Assembly (NCBI GenBank): GCA_947624475.1
Contig: CANQKK010000001.1
Coordinates: 1 to 37,189, forward strand
DNA length: 37,189 bases
From: an uncultured Bacilli bacterium
GTDB taxonomy: Bacteria; Bacillota_I; Bacilli_A; RF39; UBA660
Direction of reading: 5' to 3'
Every line of letters begins with the position of its first letter. The stretch's first letter is position 1. The notes beneath the pieces were generated by a model, which worked only from the letters and a program-made list of their open reading frames with translations, had not been told where the DNA came from and did no database searches. Both the position numbers and the translations under genes were made by a program. Below are positions 1 to 7,873 of this stretch, one piece after another.

Positions 1-77
1 TTACGAGAAGAAGCAACTGCCGCTTCACAGCCAGCATGACCTCCTCCAACAACTATTATTTCGTATTTATTCTTCAC
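1..77 (-). CDS. mnmG: MnmG (GidA) tRNA uridine 5-carboxymethylaminomethyl modification enzyme; only the first 25 codons are present and the gene runs off the window
   Basis: The reverse strand from GTG at 77 reads VKNKYEIIVVGGGHAGCEAAVASSR, the FAD-binding GGGHAGxEAA N-terminus typical of MnmG. An SD (AGAGGTGA, reverse of 83-90) lies 5 nt upstream. It is missing from the ORF track because it is open-ended. Confidence 0.8.
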   Translation of the reverse strand, partial: MKNKYEIIVVGGGHAGCEAAVASSR

Positions 78-100
78 ATTTATCACCTCTTTTCTAGTTA

Positions 101-841
101 TTATTTTTTGTTGATAATTTTATGAAGTTCTAATATTTTTTTAGCACTTTCGTTTATGAATTTTTCTTTATATGGCACTTTATTTATCTGTGTTAATATT
201 ATCATGTAATAACTATTGGTATATTCAATATATCCTGCTTCATGATAAGCAACATACCAAGAACCATATTTTCTGATAAATGGTTTTTCTTCAATAGTTT
301 TATTTTCAACTAATTTAACACTAGGATTTAAAAGATATGATTTTAAGATAGGACCGAGTTCTTTTTGGTTATCAATAAAATCTTTTACTTTTTTCCAATA
401 GATAATCATATCCTCACAGTTAATAATACCAAAGCAGTCTTTACCCTCCATAGTATGCGTAGCACCAAGTGATTTGCCATATTTTTCAAGATATTCTTTG
501 CCTACTAAGTCAACTAATTTTAAATATGCAGTGTTGTCGCTTTCAATAATAGTTAATTTTATTAATTCTAATATTGTATATTTTGTATCTTCTTTTTGAT
601 ATTTTATAATCCCTGTATCTTGTTTTAAATCTGCCATAGTAATAAGTATTTCACTATTTAAATCGATTTCTTTTCGCACAGTTTTTTCGAGGAGAAGGAC
701 ATATACTAATATTTTTATACTACTGGCAGCATAAAAGCAGATATTTTCGTTAAAAGAAACTACGGTTCCAGTATTTACATCTTCATAATAGAAAGCAACT
801 TTATTTCCTTTCATACACTCTTTTAAATATATACTATTCAA
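101..841 (-). CDS. Class A beta-lactamase-like serine hydrolase with no signal peptide
   Basis: It has SxxK (AASSIKIL), SDN (IIESDNTAY) and a KTG-like KYG (RKYGSW) in the correct order and spacing for the class A beta-lactamase/serine hydrolase fold. The N-terminus is not hydrophobic. The start is ambiguous: TTG at 841 or ATG at 814. Confidence 0.6.
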   Translation of the reverse strand: MNSIYLKECMKGNKVAFYYEDVNTGTVVSFNENICFYAASSIKILVYVLLLEKTVRKEIDLNSEILITMADLKQDTGIIKYQKEDTKYTILELIKLTIIESDNTAYLKLVDLVGKEYLEKYGKSLGATHTMEGKDCFGIINCEDMIIYWKKVKDFIDNQKELGPILKSYLLNPSVKLVENKTIEEKPFIRKYGSWYVAYHEAGYIEYTNSYYMIILTQINKVPYKEKFINESAKKILELHKIINKK

Positions 842-917
842 CTCAGATATTTTTTTCTTTATTCCACTATCAATTATTTTTTAATAGTTTGAACTCATTT
901 TTAAATCCATAATTACC

Positions 918-2264
918 CTACTTTCCTAAACAGAATCTCGAGAAAAGTTCATCTAGTAGTTCGTCTGTGTAGACTTCACCTATTATTTGTCCTAAATTAT
1001 CCCAAGCATCGCGAAGACTTAGTTCGACAATATCGATGGGACTATTTATTTTTATTTCTTCTTCAGATTCTTTGATACTATTTAACGCTTTATGTAATAG
1101 TGAGATACTTCTAGCGTTAGATAAATATGTTAAATCACTATTTTTTATTTCTCCTAAATTAAATAATTTCTTAATTCTATCTTTTATTTTATCTATGCCT
1201 ATATTTTCTTTGACTGATATTTCTATGTAGTCATCTAACATATTCTTATCTAGTTTATTTTCTAAATCGACTTTATTTACGACGACTATTTTTTTCTTAT
1301 CTTTAATATTTTCTAAAATTTCTTTTTCTTCATTCGATAATTTTTCATTATTATTTAAAATAAAAATTATTAAGTCAGAAGCATCTATAGTACTGAGACT
1401 TTTTTCTACACCAATTTTTTCAACAATATCATTGGTCTTTCTTATACCGGCAGTATCTTGGATATTTAACATAATTCCACCTATAATAATAGTTCCTTCA
1501 ACAATGTCTCTTGTAGTTCCAGGAATGCTTGTAACTATTGCTTTTTCTTCTTCAAGCAGTGAATTTAAGAGACTACTTTTGCCGACATTTGGTCTCCCGA
1601 TAATCGATACTTTTATTCCCTCTTTGACAACTTTACTGTCCTCAGACTTTTTGATTATTTCTTCTAAATCTCGTTTAAATATCTTTATTTGAGGAAGAAT
1701 TTTTTTGTTTGTTAAAACTTCAATATCCTCATACTCTGGATAATCAATATTTACTTCAATATTACTTATGATTTCTACTAATTGGGAACGTAATTTTTTG
1801 ATAAGATTAGATGTCTCTCCAGTTAGAGTATTTATGGATATTTTTCGAGCAGTCTCAGTTTTGGAAGAAATTAAATCCATTGTTGCTTCGGCTTCGAGAA
1901 GATCAATACGGCCATTTAAAAAAGCTCTTTTGGTAAATTCTCCAGGTTCAGCAAGTCTTGCTCCATTATCTAAAAGAAGCTCCAATACTTTGTTAGTAGT
2001 AGCAATTCCCCCATGGCAATTTATTTCTATTACGTCCTCTCTCGTAAATGTTTTAGGAGCTCTCATAATGCTTACTAAAACTTCATCAATTTTTTCGTTG
2101 CCGTTTTTTATGTAGCCATAGTGAATAGTGTGAGATTTTGCATCACTTAAATTTTTAGAGAAAATTTTGTTTGTAATTTCTATGGCATCTTCGCCACTTA
2201 GTCTAACTATTGATATTGCTCCGATACCAGTAGTTGTTGATATTGCTACGATTGTATCTTCCAT
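918..2264 (-). CDS. mnmE: tRNA modification GTPase MnmE (TrmE)
   Basis: The N-terminus is MEDTIVAISTTTGIGAISIVRLSG. G1 is GRPNVGKSSL, G3 is DTAGIR, and the C-terminus is the hallmark CLGK. The ATG at 2264 follows the SD AAGGAG. The 11-codon extension in the ORF track was rejected. Confidence 0.95.
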   Translation of the reverse strand: MEDTIVAISTTTGIGAISIVRLSGEDAIEITNKIFSKNLSDAKSHTIHYGYIKNGNEKIDEVLVSIMRAPKTFTREDVIEINCHGGIATTNKVLELLLDNGARLAEPGEFTKRAFLNGRIDLLEAEATMDLISSKTETARKISINTLTGETSNLIKKLRSQLVEIISNIEVNIDYPEYEDIEVLTNKKILPQIKIFKRDLEEIIKKSEDSKVVKEGIKVSIIGRPNVGKSSLLNSLLEEEKAIVTSIPGTTRDIVEGTIIIGGIMLNIQDTAGIRKTNDIVEKIGVEKSLSTIDASDLIIFILNNNEKLSNEEKEILENIKDKKKIVVVNKVDLENKLDKNMLDDYIEISVKENIGIDKIKDRIKKLFNLGEIKNSDLTYLSNARSISLLHKALNSIKESEEEIKINSPIDIVELSLRDAWDNLGQIIGEVYTDELLDELFSRFCLGK

Positions 2265-2319
2265 AAATACTCCTTCTTTCCGGTTATATTTTATCATAAG
2301 ATGTTAAAAAAAGAAAGAA

Positions 2320-2931
2320 TTACTTTTCTTCCTTTAATTTGATTACTACTTTTCTATTTGGCTCTTCACCTATCGACTCGGTATAAACATATTTATCTTT
2401 CGATAGAGCCTCGTGAACTAATCTTCTTTCATAAGAGTTCATACTATCCATCGTTACTTCAGTTTTAGTCTTATAGGCTTCTCTTGCCAATTTCTTGGCT
2501 AAAAATTCAATACTCTTAGCTCTCTTCTCCTTATAATTTCCAACATCTAAAGTTATAGATAGAGAATTATTTAATTTAGAATTGACAATTTGTCTTACTA
2601 AATATTGAAGAGCAGTAACATTTTTACCATTTTTTCCAATGAGAATAGAATTGTTATCAGAAAATATTGTTACCGAAATACTATTTTCTCTTCTTCTTAC
2701 TTCGAGATTAACTTCCGAACTCATAGATTTAGCAATATTACTTACTAATTCTTTGACAAAAGTTATTATTTCATTTATATTTAATACTTCTATTTTTACT
2801 GATTTTTTTAATAATCCTGACTTTTCTTCGACATTATTTATTATTAAATCTTCTTCACTTAACTTTAATTCCTGAAGAGCAAGTTTAATTGCTTCTTCCT
2901 TGGTCTTACCTTCGTAATAATACTTATTCAT
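2320..2931 (-). CDS. jag: Jag/KhpB RNA-binding protein (Jag_N, KH and R3H domains)
   Basis: The R3H motif region is SYERRLVHEAL and the KH-like segment is ILIGKNGKNVTALQYL. It lies in the conserved position between yidC and mnmE. Its ATG directly abuts the yidC stop (TAAATG). Confidence 0.9.
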   Translation of the reverse strand: MNKYYYEGKTKEEAIKLALQELKLSEEDLIINNVEEKSGLLKKSVKIEVLNINEIITFVKELVSNIAKSMSSEVNLEVRRRENSISVTIFSDNNSILIGKNGKNVTALQYLVRQIVNSKLNNSLSITLDVGNYKEKRAKSIEFLAKKLAREAYKTKTEVTMDSMNSYERRLVHEALSKDKYVYTESIGEEPNRKVVIKLKEEK

Positions 2932-3888
2932 TTACTTCTTTGCCTTCTTTCTTTCAACCATTAGATTTTGGATAACTGTGAATACCGAAGATGTAATCCA
3001 GTATAATCCTAATGCTACTGGCAAGCTAAACGATGCAATTACTACCATTGCAAGCATGAAATAAATAGTTCCTTTCATTCCTGCTGCCATCGTTGTTTGA
3101 TCTTTTAATGTCTTTCTAAATGATAGATACGATGAGCCTAACACTAATATAAAGAATACTACATATACATACCATAAATTAGAAGATATGCCACGAGATA
3201 TTGTCATTCCCATATCTAATAATAAAAACTTATTTTCAAAGATAACTGGCGTCCTATTAATTGCTTCCAAGTAAGCAAATAGTAATGGTATTTGAATAAA
3301 CGATAGAAGACAACTAGAAATAGGATTAATCTTATGTTTCTGATAGAGAGCCATCATTTCAGCTGCTTTCTTTTTTTGATCTTCTTCACTATTTTTATTT
3401 TGATACTTCTTTTCAAGTTTTTGCATAGCAGGTTGAATTTCTTTCATTTTTTCAGACTGCATTGCAGTTTTTTTGGTAAATGGAAACATAATAAACCTTA
3501 TTATTAAACATGATAATATAATTGCTAGTCCATTTGCTATTCCTGTACTAAGATGTATTTTTCTTAAAAGGACTCCTATTTTGATAATTATCCATGCTAA
3601 TGGTTTGACAAAAATTGTCGTCCACAATCCTTCGTAGTTACTGAATGGTTTAAATTTTTCACAAGTTGGTAATTTATCAATTTTAACTCCATTTTCGGTA
3701 TAGAGTTCAATCGAATCCTTGTCAGTAGGCTTACATATTATGTTTTCTGTTAATGTCTTTCCATTTTCTGTTCGAACTACTTTTTTATCTTCACCAGTTA
3801 ATGTTTTGGTACAACCGGTCAGTACTACTAAACTTATTAGTATGAGGGCAAATCTTTTTATATTATTTTTTTGTTTCAAGTTTATCAC
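2932..3888 (-). CDS. yidC: Membrane protein insertase YidC (SpoIIIJ/OxaA type lipoprotein)
   Basis: A lipobox (LVVLTGC) is followed by multiple TM helices and a basic C-terminal tail (ERKKAKK). It lies in the conserved rnpA-yidC-jag context. Confidence 0.9.
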   Translation of the reverse strand: MINLKQKNNIKRFALILISLVVLTGCTKTLTGEDKKVVRTENGKTLTENIICKPTDKDSIELYTENGVKIDKLPTCEKFKPFSNYEGLWTTIFVKPLAWIIIKIGVLLRKIHLSTGIANGLAIILSCLIIRFIMFPFTKKTAMQSEKMKEIQPAMQKLEKKYQNKNSEEDQKKKAAEMMALYQKHKINPISSCLLSFIQIPLLFAYLEAINRTPVIFENKFLLLDMGMTISRGISSNLWYVYVVFFILVLGSSYLSFRKTLKDQTTMAAGMKGTIYFMLAMVVIASFSLPVALGLYWITSSVFTVIQNLMVERKKAKK

Positions 3889-4206
3889 CTATATATTTAT
3901 TAGTTTTAACAGTTCTTTTTCTGCCTCTTTAAACGTTAATTCTAATATTCCTTTCCTAACAATTATAACATAGTCATAACCTTTTTGTATAGTACTTTTG
4001 TTGTTATCAATGATACTTTTTACTCTTCTTTTGATTTTATTTCTTACAACTGCTTTTCCTGTTTTGGTGGGAATAGAAATTCCGTAGCGATTATCCTTGT
4101 TATTAGGGCGATAATATACGCTAAAATACTTAGTTCTCTTTGCTTGGCATTTATTTATAATTTCGCTGTATTCACGAGATGATTTTATTATTTCTATCTT
4201 TTTCAT
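3889..4206 (-). CDS. rnpA: Ribonuclease P protein component
   Basis: A 105 aa basic protein carrying the RNR-like motif VVRNKIKRRVK. It lies immediately downstream of rpmH. Confidence 0.9.
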   Translation of the reverse strand: MKKIEIIKSSREYSEIINKCQAKRTKYFSVYYRPNNKDNRYGISIPTKTGKAVVRNKIKRRVKSIIDNNKSTIQKGYDYVIIVRKGILELTFKEAEKELLKLINI

Positions 4207-4244
4207 TATTTACCTTTAGATAAAAAGAAAAAAAGAAAACAAAA

Positions 4245-4367
4245 TTATGCACATAATTTTTTTCTTTTTTTAGCTCTTCTATTTTTTAAAACGTTCCCTT
4301 TAACTCTTGCAAAAAAACCGTGTTTTTTAGCCTTTTTTCTATTGTTAGGTTGATATGTTCTTTTCAT
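4245..4367 (-). CDS. rpmH: 50S ribosomal protein L34
   Basis: Hand translation of the reverse strand gives [40 protein letters not shown] (40 aa). This has the canonical MKRTYQP...HGF L34 signature. It falls below the ORF-track length cutoff. Confidence 0.9.
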   Translation of the reverse strand: MKRTYQPNNRKKAKKHGFFARVKGNVLKNRRAKKRKKLCA

Positions 4368-4401
4368 TATATATTACACCTCCAAGTCAAATTGCTATTT
4401 T

Positions 4402-4430
4402 ATTATATAGTTTTATTTTGATTATGTCAA
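4402..4430 (-). promoter_or_regulatory. Consensus sigma-A promoter for the rpmH operon
   Basis: On the minus strand, TTGACA (4430-4425) is followed by a 17 nt spacer and TATAAT (4407-4402), about 35 nt upstream of the rpmH ATG. Confidence 0.6.
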
Positions 4431-4466
4431 GAAATTTTTGGTAATTCAATAAAAAAGCAAATATAA

Positions 4467-4529
4467 ATAGTAAATGATCATTGTTACCACAGTATATGTA
4501 TAGAATTTAGTTTATTTATAGTAAATGAT
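4467..4529 (+). repeat. Two copies of the 12-nt direct repeat ATAGTAAATGAT, 51 bp apart
   Basis: Exact copies lie at 4467-4478 and 4518-4529 in the rpmH/parA divergent intergenic region. Confidence 0.7.
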
Positions 4530-4548
4530 AATATGAGATAAAGAATCT

Positions 4549-4603
4549 AAATTTAGAGACCCTAGGCTCTAAATTTCTTTTTGAAGACCTTAGGCTTCAA
4601 AAA
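4549..4603 (+). repeat. Twin adjacent hairpins sharing the core AGACCYTAGGCT
   Basis: H1 is AAATTTAGAG-A-CC-CTA-GG-CTCTAAATTT (4549-4576). H2 is TTTTTGAAG-A-CC-TTA-GG-CTTCAAAAA (4578-4603). Both have a bulged A and a 3-nt loop. H1 is followed by CTTTTT. Confidence 0.6.
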
Positions 4604-4712
4604 CCTGGAGTGACTACAGGCACGGAAGGTAATTAAAAAAGTGAAGGAAAAAGTATTCCTTTTTTTGATATTTTTTGGTACAATTGTATTTAAGGAATAC
4701 AAGGTGACAGTT

Positions 4713-5525
4713 ATGGGAAAGATTATTGCAATAGTAAACCAAAAAGGGGGAGTTGGTAAAACAACAACAAGTATTAATTTAGCTGCTTCTCTTGGTGTTT
4801 TAAATAAAAAAGTTTTACTTGTCGATTTAGACCCTCAAGGGAATGCTACGACGGGTGTCGGAATTGATAAGGGAGATATAGAAAGTAGTATTTATGAAGT
4901 TTTAACGATGAAAAGTTCTATTGAAAAGGCAATTGTAAAAACAAAGAGTAAGAATTTAAATTTACTTCCGGCATATCTTAATTTGGCAGGAGTCGATATG
5001 GAACTTATCGAGTTAGAAAGAAAATTTAAGAGTGAGGGAACTAATTTTAATAGAGTTACAAGGCTTAAAGAAGAACTTTCTAAAATTAAAAATTTGTATG
5101 ATTTTATATTGATAGATTGTCCTCCATCACTTGGAATTTTGACTACTAATGCGCTTGCTTCGGCTGATTCAGTATTGATTCCAGTACAGTGTGAATATTT
5201 TGCGTTAGAGGGAATTATGCAACTTATCAATACTATTATGCTAGCACAGAGGAAGGTTAATCCTAATTTGGATATCGAAGGTGTTTTGCTTACGATGTTT
5301 TCGAATACTAATTTAGGTGTCGAGGTAATAGAGAGTATTAAGGGATTCTTCAAAGAGAGGGTTTACGATACTATTATTCCAAGACTAGTTAGACTAGCGG
5401 AGGCTCCTTCTCATGGAAAACCTATACTCGAATATGAACCTAGAAATAAGGGAACTATTGCTTATTTAAATTTAGCAAAGGAGGTTATAGAAAGAAATGG
5501 AACAGAAGAAGAAGGCTCTAGGTAA
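4713..5525 (+). CDS. soj: ParA/Soj chromosome partitioning ATPase
   Basis: The deviant Walker A is NQKGGVGKTTT and Walker B is ILIDCPPSLG. The ATG at 4713 follows the SD AAGGTGA. The 24-codon hydrophobic extension in the ORF track was rejected. Confidence 0.9.
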   Translation: MGKIIAIVNQKGGVGKTTTSINLAASLGVLNKKVLLVDLDPQGNATTGVGIDKGDIESSIYEVLTMKSSIEKAIVKTKSKNLNLLPAYLNLAGVDMELIELERKFKSEGTNFNRVTRLKEELSKIKNLYDFILIDCPPSLGILTTNALASADSVLIPVQCEYFALEGIMQLINTIMLAQRKVNPNLDIEGVLLTMFSNTNLGVEVIESIKGFFKERVYDTIIPRLVRLAEAPSHGKPILEYEPRNKGTIAYLNLAKEVIERNGTEEEGSR

Positions 5526-6381
5526 AGGCTTAGAGGAACTTTTTTCAAGTGAAGTACTGGACTTTGATACTTTTGAAAGTAACATTATGGAGACGGCGAC
5601 CGAAGATGAAATAAGGGAGATTCCGGTAGGGGAAATTAGACCTAATCCTTATCAGCCAAGAAAGACTTTTAATGAAGAGGCACTAAATGAACTTGCCGAA
5701 TCAATTAAGAATTACGGTGTCTTTCAGCCTATCATCGTCAAAAAGGCAATTAAGGGTTACGATCTTATCGCCGGTGAGCGAAGACTAAGAGCAAGCAAGA
5801 TTGCTAATTTGCCCACTATCCCAGCGATTGTCAAAGATTTTACCGACGACCAGATGAGAGAAATATCACTACTTGAGAATATTCAAAGAGAAAATCTTAC
5901 CGCTATTGAACTTGCTTGGGCATACAAAGGTATTATCGATAATCTAGATATTAGACAAGAGGATTTGGCTCAGAAAATTGGTAAAAGTAGAAGTCACATT
6001 ACGAATACACTAGGGCTATTGAATCTTCCAGAAGACGTCCAAAAGATGATTTTAAATGGAGAAATATCGATGGGGCATGCTAGAGTTTTGAGTAAGATGG
6101 AAGATGATAAAGAAGTAGAAAATCTTGCAGATAAAATTGTTAAAGAGAGTATGAGTGTTCACGATTTAGAGGAAATTAGTAAAAGCGAAGAAATTAAAAA
6201 AAGAATTCCGATTACGAGACGCGAGAAGCCTTCGGAATCTAAATATATGGAAGTAGAAAATGAGCTTAGGGAGACGCTCGGAACAAAAGTTAAAGTTGAT
6301 AATAAAAAAATTAATATTTACTTTGATAGTATTAATGATTTGAATAGAATTTTAGAAATTATGGGAATCGAGATTAAATAG
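5497..6381 (+). CDS. spo0J: ParB/Spo0J chromosome partitioning protein
   Basis: It shows KALGKGLEELF, IRPNPYQPRK, the ParB box GERRLRA and an HTH segment (QEDLAQKIGKSRSHITNTL). It overlaps the parA 3' end by 29 nt. Confidence 0.9.
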   Translation: MEQKKKALGKGLEELFSSEVLDFDTFESNIMETATEDEIREIPVGEIRPNPYQPRKTFNEEALNELAESIKNYGVFQPIIVKKAIKGYDLIAGERRLRASKIANLPTIPAIVKDFTDDQMREISLLENIQRENLTAIELAWAYKGIIDNLDIRQEDLAQKIGKSRSHITNTLGLLNLPEDVQKMILNGEISMGHARVLSKMEDDKEVENLADKIVKESMSVHDLEEISKSEEIKKRIPITRREKPSESKYMEVENELRETLGTKVKVDNKKINIYFDSINDLNRILEIMGIEIK

Positions 6382-6404
6382 AAAATAATATTTCTATTTT
6401 TTTA
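6376..6404 (+). terminator. Intrinsic terminator after parB
   Basis: AAATAGAAA / TTTCTATTT forms a 9-bp stem with a 6-nt loop and a T-run. The hairpin overlaps the stop codon. Confidence 0.55.
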
Positions 6405-6560
6405 TTTTTGTTTACTTATAGTTAATATTTTTAGTTTAACCTTTTATTTTTGATTGTTATTTTTTACCAGAGAAAATCAATATTTTGTGATGTTATCATT
6501 TTGATTGTTTAGCGTAACCACATCAAGAATTTTTTGTCGATTTTTGTCTTACTTAATTGT

Positions 6561-6590
6561 TTGCAAATCACTTATGCAGTATATTATAAT
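6561..6590 (+). promoter_or_regulatory. Candidate sigma-A promoter for csp
   Basis: TTGCAA (6561-6566), an 18 nt spacer, then TATAAT (6585-6590). Confidence 0.45.
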
Positions 6591-6627
6591 ATTCTTGTAG
6601 GGAAGAACAGAAAGGGAAGGTGTTATT

Positions 6628-6840
6628 GTGCAAGGAAAAGTCAAGTGGTTCAACAACGAAAAAGGCTACGGTTTTATAGACTATCCAGAAGGCGAAGATA
6701 TATTCGTTCATTATTCTGCAATTAAGCAAGATGGATATAAGACTTTATCCGAAGGTCAACTTGTCGAATTTGATCTAATAGAAACTGCTAAAGGACTTCA
6801 AGCAATTAATGTGCTTGCAGTTACTAATGTGAAAGCATAA
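6628..6840 (+). CDS. Cold-shock protein (CspA family)
   Basis: [17 protein letters not shown] carries the RNP1 motif KGYGFI and the RNP2-like motif VFVHY. It has a GTG start after the SD AGGGAAGGTG. Confidence 0.9.
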   Translation: MQGKVKWFNNEKGYGFIDYPEGEDIFVHYSAIKQDGYKTLSEGQLVEFDLIETAKGLQAINVLAVTNVKA

Positions 6841-6845
6841 AATTG

Positions 6846-6884
6846 AAATAAGGCAATAATTATTTTTGTTGTCTTATTTTTTTG
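6846..6884 (+). terminator. Intrinsic terminator after csp
   Basis: AAATAAGGCAA / TTGTCTTATTT forms an 11-bp stem (one G-U pair) with a 12-nt loop and a T-run. Confidence 0.55.
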
Positions 6885-6952
6885 TTTAACATTGCAATAG
6901 ATATTTAGGTTATTTGGAATATTGGTGTGTTTTTTATGATGAGGTGGTAGTT

Positions 6953-7627
6953 ATGAAGTACTTAAAAAATCTTGCTAGTTCTCTGAAAGAAGTTTTTGGG
7001 ATTATGTTTATTTTGTATGCTTTACTTATATTATCTTTTTTTGTCTTTGGTGAAGAGAGGGCTACTTTGGGATCATATGTCGTAGTTTTTATCTTTCAAC
7101 TGTTTTATATTATATATGTATATAGGAGAGATAAGATAGCAATAGAGAGAAGATGCGATTATTTTCCTTTTATTTTGCTCGGAGTTGCTTTGGCAGTTAT
7201 TTTTAATATGACTATTTTTGGTATCGGTATTGTCTTCGACGTGAATAGGGGAATTCCTGTTTTTCTTAATGTTTTATCTTCTTCGATAGTGGGTCCTATT
7301 TTCGAAGAGATGGTGTTTAGATATGGCCTTACTACGAGACTTGCCAAATTTAATTCTATGTGGCTAACGGTTATTTTATCGGGTGTTATCTTCGGCTTAT
7401 GCCATGCTAACCATATAAGCGGAATATACGGGGCTATTGTTGGAGGTATCAATGCTTTCTTATTTTTGAGGTATAAGAATATTTTAATCCCCATTACTTT
7501 GCATATTTCTGGTAATTTAATTGTCAATTTGTTATCTTGTTATAATATTCATATATTAATGTTAAGTATTCTTTTGTTAATTATAAGCATTTTGGGAATT
7601 GTAGTTAGGGATAAGGCCCACTACTAG
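6953..7627 (+). CDS. CPBP family (CAAX/Abi) intramembrane glutamic endopeptidase
   Basis: A polytopic membrane protein with EExxxR (FEEMVFRYG), FxxxH (FGLCHA) and HxxxN (HISGN) motifs. The ATG at 6953 follows the SD GAGGTGG. Confidence 0.8.
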   Translation: MKYLKNLASSLKEVFGIMFILYALLILSFFVFGEERATLGSYVVVFIFQLFYIIYVYRRDKIAIERRCDYFPFILLGVALAVIFNMTIFGIGIVFDVNRGIPVFLNVLSSSIVGPIFEEMVFRYGLTTRLAKFNSMWLTVILSGVIFGLCHANHISGIYGAIVGGINAFLFLRYKNILIPITLHISGNLIVNLLSCYNIHILMLSILLLIISILGIVVRDKAHY

Positions 7628-7673
7628 AAGGAGAGGTTTGTTAATAGTATTTCGTGAAAAAATAGAGTACTAA

Positions 7674-7702
7674 TTGACAGAGAATCAAAAATGTGGTAGT
7701 AT
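7674..7702 (+). promoter_or_regulatory. Strong extended -10 promoter upstream of the dnaB-dnaI operon
   Basis: TTGACA (7674-7679), N14, TGG, TAGTAT (7697-7702). This implies a leader of roughly 165 nt before the ATG at 7874. Confidence 0.5.
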
Positions 7703-7873
7703 ATATAACCGATTTTCAAGGGGACTGGGACTTTGTGTGAGATAGTCTATATTTATATAAAACTTTTTCTTTTAAGGCACATTCTTTTGGTTACTTTTTG
7801 AAAATTTATGATACTTGTTTTACTTTACTTTTATATCTTTTTATTATACAATATGGTTAAGGAAAGTGATGCC

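Noticed and set aside
1036-2115. Three plus-strand ORFs (1036-1230, 1432-1692, 1768-2115) lie inside mnmE.
   Set aside because: They are antisense shadows of a well-supported gene in AT-rich DNA. Their products are low-complexity and Ile/Leu/Ser/Phe-rich, and they have no SD.
2639-4182. Plus-strand ORFs at 2639-2875, 3719-3973 and 3985-4182.
   Set aside because: They are antisense to jag, yidC and rnpA. They have the same shadow-ORF character.
4368-4712. DnaA boxes (TTATCCACA) and parS (TGTTNCACGTGAAACA) in the rpmH/parA spacer. TTGTTACCACA at about 4481 was considered.
   Set aside because: The best candidate matches only about 6 of 9 positions. I found no CACGTG-centred palindrome anywhere by eye. 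TATTTCGTGAAAAA at about 7648 lacks the central AC and is not a parS.
4892-5353. A minus-strand 153-aa ORF lies inside parA.
   Set aside because: It is antisense to a gene with clear Walker motifs. It has no start context and a hydrophobic low-complexity translation.
6534-6725. A 63-aa plus-strand ORF overlaps the csp start in another frame.
   Set aside because: Its Arg-rich translation is an out-of-frame artefact. The csp frame has the canonical RNP1/RNP2 motifs and an SD.
7159-7527. A minus-strand 122-aa ORF lies inside the CPBP gene. Similar antisense ORFs occur at 8323-8529, 10406-10684, 16288-16488 and 18619-18855.
   Set aside because: All are fully nested antisense to motif-supported genes. 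None has an SD or a recognisable motif.
7628-7670. A mini-ORF (TTG LIVFREKIEY stop) after the SD-like AAGGAGAGG immediately downstream of the CPBP gene.
   Set aside because: The SD-to-start spacing is only about 1-2 nt. The start is non-ATG, the product is 11 codons, and nothing supports it.
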